Positions 1-10,897 of a stretch of 53,338 nt of DNA are shown here, piece by piece. Position 1 is the first letter of the stretch. Each line of letters opens with the position of its first letter. This DNA comes from Hyphomicrobiales bacterium (GTDB lineage: Bacteria; Pseudomonadota; Alphaproteobacteria; Rhizobiales; OSC116): positions 1-53,338 of the forward strand of contig JADGDI010000006.1 of assembly GCA_016744975.1 (NCBI GenBank), written 5' to 3'. The position numbers were made by a program, and so were the translations under genes. The notes beneath the pieces are model-generated. The model saw nothing but the letters and a program-made list of their open reading frames with translations, ran no database searches and was not told the origin of the DNA.

Positions 1-109
1 CACCTGCGGGTTGCACAATATTAGGTTCAACATGCCGATAACCAAGCTCGCTTGCTAATGCAGTTACGCTTTCATTGATATATTTTTCGTAATCTTTTTT
101 ATCATTCAT
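1..109 (-). CDS. hisZ: ATP phosphoribosyltransferase regulatory subunit, N-terminus only (runs off the window edge)
   Basis: Manual translation from ATG at 109 gives MNDKKDYEKYINESVTALASELGYRHVEPNIVQPAG. The EPxIxQPA motif and the position directly after hisS fit the alphaproteobacterial hisS-hisZ-hisG order. Confidence 0.7.
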   Translation of the reverse strand, partial: MNDKKDYEKYINESVTALASELGYRHVEPNIVQPAG

Positions 110-150
110 TATCTTCAACCTTTCATCATCATATTTGGCATTTTTAAAAC

Positions 151-1653
151 TTAATTTTGATGATGGGGTTTTGCCAATATTTTTTTGACATTTTCGACCA
201 ATGTTTCTGATTTAACTAGCATTTGTGCAACTTGTGAGCTGCGCCATTCTTGATTGTCTGCAATATCTTTAGAGGCTTGTGAACCAATGACTAAATCTTT
301 TATGGTAATCTGGCCATTATTGCGTTCATCTTCACCTTGAATGATCACTAGTGGCGCGCCGCGCTTGTCGGCATATTTAACTTGGGCTTTCATGCCGCTG
401 CTGCCCATATAAACCTCGGCGCGGATACCAGCTTGGCGCAATTGCATTGCCATATTGTGGTAAACTGCCCGCTCGGATTTATCCATTACGGTAATAATAA
501 CTGGTGGCATGACCTCTGATTTTTTATGCTTGCCAAGTTTCTGAAGTGCAGCATAGAGCCTACTCACCCCAATTGAAATGCCGGTTGCAGGGATTTCAAT
601 ACCCTTAAAGCGCGCAACCAACCCGTCATAGCGGCCACCGCCGCCAACCGAACCAAAGCGTACTAAATTGCCTTTTTCATCTTTAATCTCAAAGGTTAGC
701 TCCGCTTCCATCACTGGCCCTGAATAATAACCCAAGCCCCGAACAATAGATGGGTCAAAACATATACGATCTTCGCCATAACCTGCGGCGCTGACAAGGG
801 CATTAATTTCGGCCAACTCGGCAATGCCTTCTTGCCCAATTTCGCTGCCTTCAATTAATACTGAAAGGGCATCAAGTGTTGCTTCGTTGGTGTTTTTTCC
901 AGCTTCAACAAAGGCAATGACTTTATCAATCGACGCGGCATTAAGACCAGCACCTTTTGTATAATCACCGCTTTCATCTTTACGGCCATCACCTAGCAAT
1001 AAACGCACACCCGCGCTGCCCAATCGGTCTAGCTTATCCATAGCGCGCATGACGGTGAGGCGACTCTTAACCGATGCATCATCCTCGCCAAGTAGGTTGA
1101 TTTTATCCAGAACACCGTCTAAAATTTTGCGGTTATTCATGCGGATCACATAATCTCCGCGCTTAATATCGAGCGCTTCCATGACATCAGCCCACATCAT
1201 CGCCAGTTCAGCATCCGCTGCCATTTCGGCACTGCCAATTGTATCGGCATCAAATTGTACAAATTGCCTAAAACGCCCTGGCCCTGGTTTTTCATTGCGC
1301 CATACATTACCTGTTTGGTAGCGTCTAAAGGGTTTGGCCAAATGGTCATAATTTTCAGCTACAAATCGTGCGGTTGGGGCCGTTAAGTCATAGCGCAATG
1401 ACATCCATTGCTCATCATCATCTTGTAAGGCAAACACCCCTTCATTTGGGCGGTCTGCATCGGGTAGAAATTTGCCCAAACATTCAGCAAATTCCATAGC
1501 TGGGGTTTCGAGTGGCTCAAAGCCATAAAGTTCATAAATATCGCCAATTTTTTTAATCATTGCTGCCATAGTACGCAATTCATGGGCATGCACATCACCA
1601 AAGCCACGTGGTAATCTTGCTTTTGGACGGAATGATTTTTTCTTTTTGCTCAT
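151..1653 (-). CDS. hisS: Histidine--tRNA ligase
   Basis: Motifs [47 protein letters not shown] and a C-terminal anticodon-binding domain. Start moved from 1743 to the ATG at 1653 (MSKKKK). Confidence 0.97.
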   Translation of the reverse strand: MSKKKKSFRPKARLPRGFGDVHAHELRTMAAMIKKIGDIYELYGFEPLETPAMEFAECLGKFLPDADRPNEGVFALQDDDEQWMSLRYDLTAPTARFVAENYDHLAKPFRRYQTGNVWRNEKPGPGRFRQFVQFDADTIGSAEMAADAELAMMWADVMEALDIKRGDYVIRMNNRKILDGVLDKINLLGEDDASVKSRLTVMRAMDKLDRLGSAGVRLLLGDGRKDESGDYTKGAGLNAASIDKVIAFVEAGKNTNEATLDALSVLIEGSEIGQEGIAELAEINALVSAAGYGEDRICFDPSIVRGLGYYSGPVMEAELTFEIKDEKGNLVRFGSVGGGGRYDGLVARFKGIEIPATGISIGVSRLYAALQKLGKHKKSEVMPPVIITVMDKSERAVYHNMAMQLRQAGIRAEVYMGSSGMKAQVKYADKRGAPLVIIQGEDERNNGQITIKDLVIGSQASKDIADNQEWRSSQVAQMLVKSETLVENVKKILAKPHHQN

Positions 1654-1791
1654 GATAGGCCTGCTGTTGATTATATGCACACGACTTTTAACCCAGCAGG
1701 GTGAGGCTGTAAACCATAAAAGCAGATTTAATCGCTGGCGCATAAGCTAGGGTTAAGTGCTTATCAAGTATAGATGGCTCGGGCTTGGGTT

Positions 1792-2763
1792 TTAGAAGTT
1801 CTTAGAAGCAGTCATAATCGTCGGGCCAAGGATAACCACAAAAATAACGGGTAAGAAAAATAAGATCATCGGCACTGTGAGTTTGGGTGGTAATGAGGCG
1901 GCCTTTTTTTCGGCTCGGGTCATCCGCGCTTCGCGATTTTCGGCTGATATTACGCGTAGTGCAGAACCCAATGGTGTACCATATTGCTCGGCCTGTACCA
2001 AGCTGGTGGTGAGAGATTTAATCTCTTCAAGCCCTGTTCGACGTGCAAAATTTTGATAAGCCTTTTTGCGTGATGATAAATAGGATAATTCTGCAGTTGT
2101 AAGGGCTAGCTCTTCTGACATTTCTACGCTTTGAGCAGCAATCTCTTGGCTTACTTTATTAAACGCACCTTCGATTGCCATACCCGCTTCAACGCAAATT
2201 AGCAACAAATCCATCGTGTCTGGAAATACCATGCGTAATATTTCTTTGCGTTTGGCAATGGCATTAGAAAGGTAGATATTGGGTACATAAAAACCAATAA
2301 TGGTAATGCCAAAAGAATATACCAATTTCATTGTGGTTGTATTGTTACCTTTGCTTAGTGAGAAAAAGTAGATTAATGAGGCAATTAGCAATAAAATGGG
2401 TACTGCTAAACGGAAGAAAAGAAAAACATGAATGGGTGTTTGACCACGAAACCCTGCATTGCGTAATTTATAGACGGTTTCTTCATCTTCAAAAGCTTTG
2501 CGCAAGTTGAATTTTTCAACCACTTTTTTGACAAAGTTGGCCTTGCTTGAGGGCTGTTTTGCTAAGGTTTTTTTGTTCATTTCATCAAGCTGACGCTCGC
2601 GTAGCCGTTTACGCTCATCGGCGACCGACTTCATTCGGGTGTTGAGGTTGTTGTTGGCAAACATTGGCCCTGCTAATGCCATAACGGTAATAAAGCTCGC
2701 AATTCCAACGACGATCATTACGATATTTTGGCTATTGGTCATATAGGCGATAATCGTATCCAT
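1792..2763 (-). CDS. tadC: Tad pilus inner-membrane platform protein TadC (T2SS F family)
   Basis: FPDTMDLLLICVEAG, QAEQYGTPLG and AEKKAASLPPKLTVPMILFFLP; follows tadB. Confidence 0.93.
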   Translation of the reverse strand: MDTIIAYMTNSQNIVMIVVGIASFITVMALAGPMFANNNLNTRMKSVADERKRLRERQLDEMNKKTLAKQPSSKANFVKKVVEKFNLRKAFEDEETVYKLRNAGFRGQTPIHVFLFFRLAVPILLLIASLIYFFSLSKGNNTTTMKLVYSFGITIIGFYVPNIYLSNAIAKRKEILRMVFPDTMDLLLICVEAGMAIEGAFNKVSQEIAAQSVEMSEELALTTAELSYLSSRKKAYQNFARRTGLEEIKSLTTSLVQAEQYGTPLGSALRVISAENREARMTRAEKKAASLPPKLTVPMILFFLPVIFVVILGPTIMTASKNF

Positions 2764-2772
2764 AATGCGCTC

Positions 2773-3768
2773 CTAAATTTTCATATTGATCATTTGACGC
2801 ATTACCAAAACACCACATAGCATCCAGAAAGCTGAGCCGCCAATCATAAAATGCCCTGTGCTGGTGTTGAATAATGGATCCATATAATTGGGGTTCATTG
2901 CACTAATGCCACCCATAATTAAAATAGGCAGGGAGCCAATAATTGCCGCACTGGACTTGGCCTCTGTTGACATAGCATCAATTTTTGCACGCATTTTCTT
3001 GCGCCCTCGAATAATTGTAGATAGCCCCGCTAATGTTTCTGATAAGTTGCCACCCATGGTTTGTTGAATGGAGATAACAATGGCTAAAAAATTAAGCTCA
3101 GACAGCTCAATGCGGTCATTCATCCGAAATAGGCCTTCTTGAATGGTAATGCCCATTTTTTGCTCATCGATTAAAATACCAAATTCACTGCGCAGCGGCT
3201 CTGAACTTTCTTCGGCAATCATTCTAATCGCATCATTTAATGGTAGGCCAGAACGAACTCCGCGCACAACAACGTCGATGGCATTGGGAAATTCACTAAG
3301 GAATTTTTTTTGCCGTCCAGATTTCATTTTATTGAGTACCAAACGTGGAAAGCCTAAGACGCCTATGAATAAAGCCCCTAACGCCACTATTAATGATGCA
3401 TTGAAAATTAAAGCGCCTAAAAAAAACATCACTCCACTCACCAATGATAGGGCGTAAAAAGTGGTCGTTGAAATACCAACACCTGCTTGTAATAGACGTT
3501 GCGGCAAGGTTATTTTTTTGTTGGCCTTATCTTTTTCAGCTTGTTTTAGTTTATTCTGAATTTCTTTACGCTTTTGGTCGCCTTGTTTTACCGCATTGAC
3601 TGACTGGTTGCCATTTGGTGCAACCACACGGTTATTGGAAATATTTTTTTGCCGAACATCTGCTTTGGACTTAAAAAATAATTCATTTAATATGGTGTAA
3701 ATGATTGCTAGCACAGCAAGGCTAATAATAATGGTGGTCGCGATTTTGATAAGTTCGGGGCTAAGCAA
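2773..3768 (-). CDS. tadB: Tad pilus inner-membrane platform protein TadB
   Basis: FPNAIDVVVRGVRSGLPL, IQQTMGGNLSETL and transmembrane segments; TTG start overlaps the cpaF stop. Confidence 0.93.
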   Translation of the reverse strand: MLSPELIKIATTIIISLAVLAIIYTILNELFFKSKADVRQKNISNNRVVAPNGNQSVNAVKQGDQKRKEIQNKLKQAEKDKANKKITLPQRLLQAGVGISTTTFYALSLVSGVMFFLGALIFNASLIVALGALFIGVLGFPRLVLNKMKSGRQKKFLSEFPNAIDVVVRGVRSGLPLNDAIRMIAEESSEPLRSEFGILIDEQKMGITIQEGLFRMNDRIELSELNFLAIVISIQQTMGGNLSETLAGLSTIIRGRKKMRAKIDAMSTEAKSSAAIIGSLPILIMGGISAMNPNYMDPLFNTSTGHFMIGGSAFWMLCGVLVMRQMINMKI

Positions 3769-5254
3769 AGTTACCTCCTACAGTGCTTTCAGCAGCGCTA
3801 TTGGTGAGTGCTTCGGCTAATTTTTGATCCTCATTATAATATTTGGCTTTATCCCAGAAATGTGGTTTTACAATACCCGTACTTTGATGCTCGCCAATTA
3901 GTTTGCCATTCGCATCTTCGCCCATAATAACATAATTAAATAAATCCTGTAGAACAATGACATCGCCCTCCATACCGACCACTTCGCTAATGTGGGTGAT
4001 ACGCCTTGAACCATCGCGCAGCCGTGCAGCTTGCACAACAATGTCAACGGCACCTGCAATCATCTCTTTTATAGTAACGCTAGGCAGGTTATAGCCCATC
4101 GAAATCATACTTTCCATCCGCGACATTGCTTCGCGTGGGCTGTTGGCATGCAATGTGCCCATTGAGCCATCATGGCCTGTATTCATCGCTTGCAATAAAT
4201 CAAACGCTTCGGGGCCACGCACCTCACCAACAATGATCCGCTCTGGGCGCATCCGCAAACAGTTTTTAATCAGTTCGCGCATGGTTACTTCGCCTTCGCC
4301 TTCCAAATTGGGTGGACGAGTTTCAAGGCGCACAACATGGTCTTGTTGCAATTGTAATTCGGCTGTATCTTCACAGGTAATTACCCGCTCATCCGCTTCA
4401 ACAAAGCTGGTCATGCAATTAAGCAAAGTCGTTTTACCAGAGCCCGTACCGCCCGATATCAGAACATTACAGCGTGAACGCCCGACGATTTGTAAGATGG
4501 TTGCGCCATCTGGTGTAATGGTGCCGAAATTAACCAAATTAGCCAAGGTCAATTTATCTTTTTTAAATTTACGAATGGTAAGAGTTGGGCCATCAATTGC
4601 CAGTGGTGGCGCGATAACATTTACCCGAGAACCATCAATCAGACGTGCATCACATATTGGGCTGCTGTCGTCAACCCGCCTACCAACTTGGCTTACAATA
4701 CGCTGGCAAATATTCATTAATTGGTCATTGTCTTGAAATCTTATATTGGTCAATTCCATCCGACCTTCGACCTCAATATAGGTTTTTCCTGCGCCATTTA
4801 CCATGATGTCTGCAATGTCATCACGGGCTAATAGTGGTTCTAATGGGCCATAGCCTAATACATCATTGCAAATGTCTTCGAGCAATTCTTCCTGCTCAGA
4901 AATTGACATGACCCCACCTTGAATGATCAAAATCTCATTGACTATGTCTGCAATTTCGGCACGGGTAGAATCGCTGTCCAGCTGCGCCAATTGAGACATG
5001 TCGACGGTCTCAATTAGGGTTTCAAAGACGGTTCGTTTTGTCGCATAATATTCGTCGGTTTTATCACTAATAATTTTTGTAGGGTTTATATCTGGCACAG
5101 GTGTTGAAACTGGGATTTTTGGTGCGCTGGGCGTTATAATTGCACCACTTTGTGCATTAGCCATATCTTGCGAGCCAGCTGTGCTTGGCATAGCCGCAGG
5201 GTTGATTTGTGGTTTTTTCGGTGCGTTACCAAATTCATTACGCTTTCCAAACAT
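3761..5254 (-). CDS. cpaF: Tad pilus assembly ATPase CpaF/TadA
   Basis: Walker A GGTGSGKTT, EDTAEL, LRMRPERIIVGEVRG and His box MNTGHDGSMGTLHAN. Confidence 0.96.
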   Translation of the reverse strand: MFGKRNEFGNAPKKPQINPAAMPSTAGSQDMANAQSGAIITPSAPKIPVSTPVPDINPTKIISDKTDEYYATKRTVFETLIETVDMSQLAQLDSDSTRAEIADIVNEILIIQGGVMSISEQEELLEDICNDVLGYGPLEPLLARDDIADIMVNGAGKTYIEVEGRMELTNIRFQDNDQLMNICQRIVSQVGRRVDDSSPICDARLIDGSRVNVIAPPLAIDGPTLTIRKFKKDKLTLANLVNFGTITPDGATILQIVGRSRCNVLISGGTGSGKTTLLNCMTSFVEADERVITCEDTAELQLQQDHVVRLETRPPNLEGEGEVTMRELIKNCLRMRPERIIVGEVRGPEAFDLLQAMNTGHDGSMGTLHANSPREAMSRMESMISMGYNLPSVTIKEMIAGAVDIVVQAARLRDGSRRITHISEVVGMEGDVIVLQDLFNYVIMGEDANGKLIGEHQSTGIVKPHFWDKAKYYNEDQKLAEALTNSAAESTVGGNFA

Positions 5255-5265
5255 AGTATTAACCT

Positions 5266-6729
5266 CTAACCTTTAGCCTGTTTTTTTCTTTTAAACATAT
5301 CCATGAGGCTTGACTTACCTGTGGATTGTTGTAATTTTTTCCCGACTATTATTTGTGCCAAATCGTTAAATTGCTCTAATATTCGATCGCTCTTGGTAAA
5401 CTCTTGTATCATTTGACCATTATTTGCTGCAGTACCAAATAATCTAGGGTCATAATTAATCTCGGCACTAATCATCACCCCAACCGTATCTGCAAAATCT
5501 TTTGACTTTATCTCTGGTTTTTTGGTCATTCCGACTTGATTCATGATGATAATTGGATCAACATCATGGTTGCGATTGGCCTTTAGATAGTCAACCAAAT
5601 TTTTGGTGTTGCGCAAACATGCAAGGTCAGGTGTTGCAGTGATGACGATTTGATCGGCCTGGACCATGCAAGTTTTCACCCATTCATTCCAAACATGTGG
5701 CAGGTCAACAATAGAGTTGGAAACGGTTTGCGACATGCAACTAAGCAATTGAGTAATGGCATCAACGCTGATATTATTACCCTTTTCCATATTACCACTA
5801 TTGGCTAGCAGGTTTAAATGGCCCCCATGCTTTAATAACATTTTGTCAATTGTACCTTCATCAATACGTTCAGGGGTTGATAAAAGGTCGGCAATGTCCT
5901 GCATTGGGTCTTGATTGAAATTTAAACCCAATGTGCCAAAAGCGAAATCCAAATCGGCTACGGTTACGCTATCTTGGATGTTATAAGCAATGGTATAGCC
6001 TAAATTATGGGCAATGCTACTTGAGCCAACGCCGCCTTTGGCGCCAAAAAATGCAATTTTTTTACCAAGTGGTGCGCTTTCGGGGTCGTGGTAAATATTA
6101 TACACGCTCTCAATAAAATTAATGGGTGAGGTGGGCAAGACCATATAGTCACTAACCCCCTTTGAAACCAAACCGCGATAGAGCCGAATGTCATTTTCAT
6201 GACCCATGATAAAGACTTTTGTACCACTATCACAAACAGCAGCCAATTCGTCCAACTTTGCCAATAAATCGCTGTATGCCAACCGGCTTTCGATAACGAT
6301 TAAGTTTGGTGTGGGTGCGCTTTGATAAAAGTTAATAGCGGCCACAATACCACCAGCTTGCATGGTAATATGGCTTCGCGACATGCGCCGATCCGCGGCA
6401 CTTAATTGCAATAATTTAGCCGTTGCGGGGGTTTCAAAAAAAGCCTGTAATGATATCTGCGGAATATGCAATGCTTTTTGAATATTCTCTTCTTCAAAAC
6501 TATTATGATCAAAAGCCGGTTCTTGTAGTGCTTGGCGCAGTGGTTCTAGCGTAGCTGTTGAAGTAGCTGATGTAGCGGCGTTAACGCTTTGATCGCCCAG
6601 CGGTGTGCTTTGCACTATGCTAGACTGCTCAACGCTGTTTTCACGAATAATTGGCTCAGCCTGTTTGTTGTTGCTGAGGGAAATATCCATATCACCAGGT
6701 AGATTATCAAAAAAATTATGATCGCTCAT
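5266..6729 (-). CDS. cpaE: Pilus localisation protein CpaE/TadZ (pseudo-receiver plus MinD-like ATPase)
   Basis: Receiver-like region (GHENDIRLYRGL...GVSDY) and deviant Walker A GAKGGVGSS; lies between cpaD and cpaF. Confidence 0.92.
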   Translation of the reverse strand: MSDHNFFDNLPGDMDISLSNNKQAEPIIRENSVEQSSIVQSTPLGDQSVNAATSATSTATLEPLRQALQEPAFDHNSFEEENIQKALHIPQISLQAFFETPATAKLLQLSAADRRMSRSHITMQAGGIVAAINFYQSAPTPNLIVIESRLAYSDLLAKLDELAAVCDSGTKVFIMGHENDIRLYRGLVSKGVSDYMVLPTSPINFIESVYNIYHDPESAPLGKKIAFFGAKGGVGSSSIAHNLGYTIAYNIQDSVTVADLDFAFGTLGLNFNQDPMQDIADLLSTPERIDEGTIDKMLLKHGGHLNLLANSGNMEKGNNISVDAITQLLSCMSQTVSNSIVDLPHVWNEWVKTCMVQADQIVITATPDLACLRNTKNLVDYLKANRNHDVDPIIIMNQVGMTKKPEIKSKDFADTVGVMISAEINYDPRLFGTAANNGQMIQEFTKSDRILEQFNDLAQIIVGKKLQQSTGKSSLMDMFKRKKQAKG

Positions 6730-7511
6730 TTTGCCACCTTACTAATTGCTACTTTTTCATCTGAACTTCTTGTTGCACCAGTTGGCGTGCCTTTAATATA
6801 TTTGTTCCATACAATTCTGCGTCGCTCAGCAGAAGCTGGCCCCATTGAACCTGGAGATAATAGATCCCGAGGGTTGGACACCATTGCTGCAATATTATTT
6901 TGATAGGCACAACCAAATGTAGAATAATTTCTATTCGAAAAATTGGTAGCCATATTTTTTTGTATCTTGCCACATTGTTTGGTGGTTGCAACATAGCGGC
7001 CAAATTTCAGGCCAATAGGTGCAGCATCATTGCCGTCAGCATCATATTGATGATAGTCAATCTGCGTGCTAGCAACACCCGCATCATAGAGAATTTTACG
7101 AAGTTTTTTGTGTGCGCTTTTGACTGCTGCACCGTTTAAATGGCCACGAGGTTGCCAAATTTCAAACTTACCTTCGCCTTTATTGACATAGTCCAATATA
7201 AATTGTGCGCTGGCACCCACTTGATTATTGCTTAAACCACCAGATTTTTTTGGTAAAATTAAATCTATCTCTGCCAGTGATTTGTTGACTTTTATTGGAT
7301 GTGTTGCACGGTAATCGGTTAATTTTGTTGCCTTTTGGGAGTTAGCGGTTTGCATGCATGCGCTAAGGCCAATGCTAATGAGGGCGACTGAACTGACTTT
7401 AAACATTTTACGCAGGCCTTTTGACGGCTTAATATCTGAATTTGGCACTTTATTTCCTAAGTGTATTTGCGATAATTTTTTGAGTGTTTTTAAATGCATA
7501 TCATTCTCCAT
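6726..7511 (-). CDS. cpaD: Pilus assembly lipoprotein CpaD
   Basis: Lipobox LSAC, HPIKV and FGCAYQNNIAAMVSNPRDL. The true start may be a downstream Met. Confidence 0.88.
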   Translation of the reverse strand: MENDMHLKTLKKLSQIHLGNKVPNSDIKPSKGLRKMFKVSSVALISIGLSACMQTANSQKATKLTDYRATHPIKVNKSLAEIDLILPKKSGGLSNNQVGASAQFILDYVNKGEGKFEIWQPRGHLNGAAVKSAHKKLRKILYDAGVASTQIDYHQYDADGNDAAPIGLKFGRYVATTKQCGKIQKNMATNFSNRNYSTFGCAYQNNIAAMVSNPRDLLSPGSMGPASAERRRIVWNKYIKGTPTGATRSSDEKVAISKVAK

Positions 7512-8976
7512 CCACTAGGCCAAAGTTGCCAGATAAGTGATTTGCGCTATCAGACCCGCTACGATCACCATCGCCATAAATCGCGTTAATTTGCCCCATA
7601 AAGCTAGACTCAAAATCATTGGCAGTTTTAAAGCCTGTATCAGGGCGTTCAAGTTCTTGCTCATTCACAGGGTCAACCAAATATGGTGTTGCAATAATCA
7701 CTAATTCTGTTTCATTATTTATGAAATCAACACTGCGGAATAATGTGCCTAAAACTGGGATATCCTTAAAGAATGGTATGCCAGAAATTGATCGTTTGGT
7801 TGATTCTTGAATTAATCCAGCAAGGACTAAAGAGCCACCTGTTGGTAGTTCAACCGTTGTGGTTGCGCGCCTTACTTTTATAGCAGGCAGTGATAAATTT
7901 TCATTGATGGCAAATGACCCTTCAGAGGATAATTCACTCACCTCGGTATTTACTTTTAAGCTAATTCGCCCACCCTCAAGTACCACAGGAGTAAACGTGA
8001 GGCCGACACCAAACGGCTTATAATCTACTGATACTGAACGGGTTTCTTTATCATAACCCGCTGGGATTGGGAATTCTCCGCCCGCTAAGAAATTGGCCGA
8101 CTCGCCAGATATTGCAGTTAGCACTGGCTCAGCTAAAGTTTTTACCACGCCAATGGTTTCAAGCGCTTTAATAATAGATGGCGTGCTACCAGCAGAATTT
8201 TTAAAGCTTGTAGAAAGTCCGCTTGTATTGGCGCCAAAAGCGAATGGGTTGCTGTTTGCAAAAGACACAATGGATGACCCAATATTGGCAACGCCGCTTA
8301 TATCAACCCCAAGTTTTTTAACACTACTACGCTGCATTTCAACAATGGTTACTTTCAACATAACTTGTTCACGGGCATTATAAGTCAGCATGTTGATGAC
8401 ATTCTGAGTATCTCCATTCTCACTCGCCAAAGAACCACGGTTGATATATTTGCCAGCAATTGTGACCGCGCGGCCAACTTGTGATGCTGAGCTAACACGG
8501 CCAGATAATACAACATTACCGTTAATGGCCTCCACCTTGATGCGTGAGCCTGGCATTTTACTAGAAAATAATTTAGATAATGCAGCTACATCTGGTTCGA
8601 TGTTTAAAATGATATTGGCAATGCGATGGTTGCGGGCATCAAAATAAATGATATTAGTTGTGCCATGCTTTTTGGCAATGATATAGGACTTACGTGCACT
8701 TCGAGCCACAACTTCTGCAATTTCTGGATTTCCGATTAAGATATCACGCGCGTTGCGCGGCAAATCAATGATAATGCTTTTGTCTTTGCCAAGGTTAATG
8801 GTTCGAGTTACCACATTTTTTGAGCTGGGAATTTTAATAAAACTCTCATCTGCAAAACTAGAACTCACAAAGAACGAGCAAAATAAGCCAAGTAAACTTA
8901 GTAATATTATATTACTTTTCAACCTTCGAAAGCCAGTTGCTGTAATAATATCGGGATAATTCATAGATTTCACCAT
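7501..8976 (-). CDS. cpaC: Tad pilus secretin CpaC/RcpA
   Basis: N-terminal pilus-formation and BON domains, then secretin motifs AEPVLTAISGESANFLAGGEFP and IPVLGTLFRS...ETELVIIATP. Confidence 0.95.
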   Translation of the reverse strand: MVKSMNYPDIITATGFRRLKSNIILLSLLGLFCSFFVSSSFADESFIKIPSSKNVVTRTINLGKDKSIIIDLPRNARDILIGNPEIAEVVARSARKSYIIAKKHGTTNIIYFDARNHRIANIILNIEPDVAALSKLFSSKMPGSRIKVEAINGNVVLSGRVSSASQVGRAVTIAGKYINRGSLASENGDTQNVINMLTYNAREQVMLKVTIVEMQRSSVKKLGVDISGVANIGSSIVSFANSNPFAFGANTSGLSTSFKNSAGSTPSIIKALETIGVVKTLAEPVLTAISGESANFLAGGEFPIPAGYDKETRSVSVDYKPFGVGLTFTPVVLEGGRISLKVNTEVSELSSEGSFAINENLSLPAIKVRRATTTVELPTGGSLVLAGLIQESTKRSISGIPFFKDIPVLGTLFRSVDFINNETELVIIATPYLVDPVNEQELERPDTGFKTANDFESSFMGQINAIYGDGDRSGSDSANHLSGNFGLVDGE

Positions 8977-8979
8977 TGT

Positions 8980-9735
8980 TTATGACTTTCCATGACGAAG
9001 AATGGTCAGTTTCTTCTTTTGTTTTAAGCCTTGATCGCCGACTATATTGCGATCAGCTAGCGAACGTAAGCTTAGTGTTAAACTGCCTTCATTATTTGCC
9101 ATTGCCAATATTTCGCTTTGTGAGCTACTTAATTCAAGCGTAGCTGTTTTCCCAACCACCACCTGTTGGCCATCTTCTTCTCTAATGGTTTGGTCAATTG
9201 CTAATACTTTGATATTGACTAAAATGGTTCGGGTTTTATTCTGATTTTGTTGGTTTTGCATGGTTAATAAAACGTCAACTTTATCATTGGGTAAAATAAA
9301 CCCACCAGCGCCAGTCTCTGGCGAGATCGGTGTTGATATGGCCCGCATGCCAGGGGCTAACAATGCTGATAATAAACCGCCACCTTTAGGGTCTATCAAT
9401 TTTGAAAATCGAATAGGGTCCCCTTCATCTATTTGAGTTTTTACAACAGAGTCAACGGCTTCTTGCATTTTATTTTCTTGTTCATTGCGTACAATCATAT
9501 TGTCATAAACCATATCTTTTGGCCATTTTTGCCATTTAATATCATCAACACCAACTTTATGACCCATTAACATCATCGTGCTGGCCACCAAAATATCGAC
9601 TGTCTCTGTCTCTTGTATGACCGTCTCAACCTGCGCGATAGGTGCTGGCGTTGAATTTAGGCTATTTGCAAGCATCATTGCGCCAATCGCTGCACCTAGC
9701 GCGACAATAATAATGATTATTTTTGACATATTCAT
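8980..9735 (-). CDS. cpaB: Flp pilus assembly protein CpaB/RcpC
   Basis: SAF-like domain, GMRAIS, AGGFILPNDKVDV, KVLAIDQ and TATLEL. Confidence 0.93.
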   Translation of the reverse strand: MNMSKIIIIIVALGAAIGAMMLANSLNSTPAPIAQVETVIQETETVDILVASTMMLMGHKVGVDDIKWQKWPKDMVYDNMIVRNEQENKMQEAVDSVVKTQIDEGDPIRFSKLIDPKGGGLLSALLAPGMRAISTPISPETGAGGFILPNDKVDVLLTMQNQQNQNKTRTILVNIKVLAIDQTIREEDGQQVVVGKTATLELSSSQSEILAMANNEGSLTLSLRSLADRNIVGDQGLKQKKKLTILRHGKS

Positions 9736-9782
9736 TGTAAAACCTTTATTCCTCTGTGCCTATCTGGCGGTCAATTATTTAT

Positions 9783-10298
9783 TTATAAAATCCATTTATC
9801 TGGGGCATATAAAACCAACCCAGCTGCACCAATTGCAACACCGTAAGGCATGCGCATTTTTGGTGTAATGATGGCATTGACCCATGAAATATCGTTTATT
9901 TTTTTAGGCAATATGGCTTTTATATTGAGCAAGCGAATAAGCAATAATATGCCAGCGAGAATTCCACCAAAAATTGCCATTATTAACATGAAATAGATTA
10001 TATCCAATTCCCAGCCAACCCATGCGCCGATAGCCGCCACGCTCTTTGCATCGCCGCCACCAAAAAAATTAGCAGCAAATACAGCAAAACCGATCAACAA
10101 CAATATTGCAGCTGTTAATAAATGCCAGCCAACTTGCTCATAGGGCATTTTTACTAAAAATGCGGTTCCAATAAACCCAATAAACAATAGTGCATTAAGC
10201 CAATTGGGGATAATCATTGTAAAAAAGTCGAACAAAATTATCGCAACCATAATGGCAGGGAAAAAATATTGGATTATAAAGCTACTTAAACTATTCAT
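9783..10298 (-). CDS. cpaA: Prepilin peptidase CpaA/TadV (A24)
   Basis: Hydrophobic protein with D...IPNW, GGGDAK and C-terminal MPYGVAI. Confidence 0.93.
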   Translation of the reverse strand: MNSLSSFIIQYFFPAIMVAIILFDFFTMIIPNWLNALLFIGFIGTAFLVKMPYEQVGWHLLTAAILLLIGFAVFAANFFGGGDAKSVAAIGAWVGWELDIIYFMLIMAIFGGILAGILLLIRLLNIKAILPKKINDISWVNAIITPKMRMPYGVAIGAAGLVLYAPDKWIL

Positions 10299-10343
10299 TT
10301 TCTAGACCCGTGACTCATTTAGGTCAAAAGATCGCATGTTATG

Positions 10344-10360
10344 GTAAATCATTCCTTAAC
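10344..10360 (-). promoter_or_regulatory. CtrA-like box upstream of cpaA
   Basis: Minus strand GTTAA-GGAATGA-TTTAC, one mismatch to TTAA-N7-TTAAC, about 45 bp before the cpaA start. Confidence 0.6.
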
Positions 10361-10417
10361 AATCTAAATAATGTCAGTTTACTGACTCATTTATTCTAGT
10401 CCATTAGTCTAAGCCAC

Positions 10418-10452
10418 AAAAAAAACGGCTCTAGCATCGCTAGAGCCGTTTT
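10418..10452 (-). terminator. Rho-independent terminator after the flp pilin gene
   Basis: Perfect stem AAAACGGCTCTAGC-atc-GCTAGAGCCGTTTT with an A8 run that reads as a U-tract on the minus strand. Confidence 0.88.
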
Positions 10453-10483
10453 AAACTTTTAAATAATACGAGTGATCTCGTTG

Positions 10484-10651
10484 CTATTTTTTAAGTTCAG
10501 TATTGATTGATGTAAATTTGGTATTTAAAGTTGAACCAATTAGGTTCACAGCACCAATAATAGCAACAGCAATACCTGCAGCAATTAGGCCATATTCAAT
10601 AGCAGTTGCACCAGACTCGTCATTTACAAAACGTTTTACTAAATTCTTCAT
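10484..10651 (-). CDS. flp: Flp family pilin
   Basis: MKNLVKRFVNDESG/ATAIEYGLIAAGIAVAII carries the Flp cleavage motif. ATG at 10651 has a GGAG RBS. Confidence 0.96.
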   Translation of the reverse strand: MKNLVKRFVNDESGATAIEYGLIAAGIAVAIIGAVNLIGSTLNTKFTSINTELKK

Positions 10652-10701
10652 AATATACTCCATACACAATATTTAATTTAAGCACCATTCTCTGTCATTC
10701 A

Positions 10702-10897
10702 ATAACATCGAATTAACAACAATATATACCTCAAGTATTACCGAGTTATTAATGCGAACTTTTAAATATATATATACTTTAGGCTTGTAGACAAAAAGTA
10801 TTATTAAAATTATTACTAGAAAAAATTAGAATATCATAGTTACTTATTTATTAAGCTAAAATTATTACTAAGGTTATTATAGTTAATAATTTATTAA
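10702..10897. promoter_or_regulatory. Cluster of CtrA-like boxes in the flp promoter
   Basis: Perfect minus-strand TTAA-N7-TTAAC at 10882-10897; near matches at 10839-10854, 10738-10752 and 10702-10717. The region is very AT-rich, so some may be chance. Confidence 0.6.
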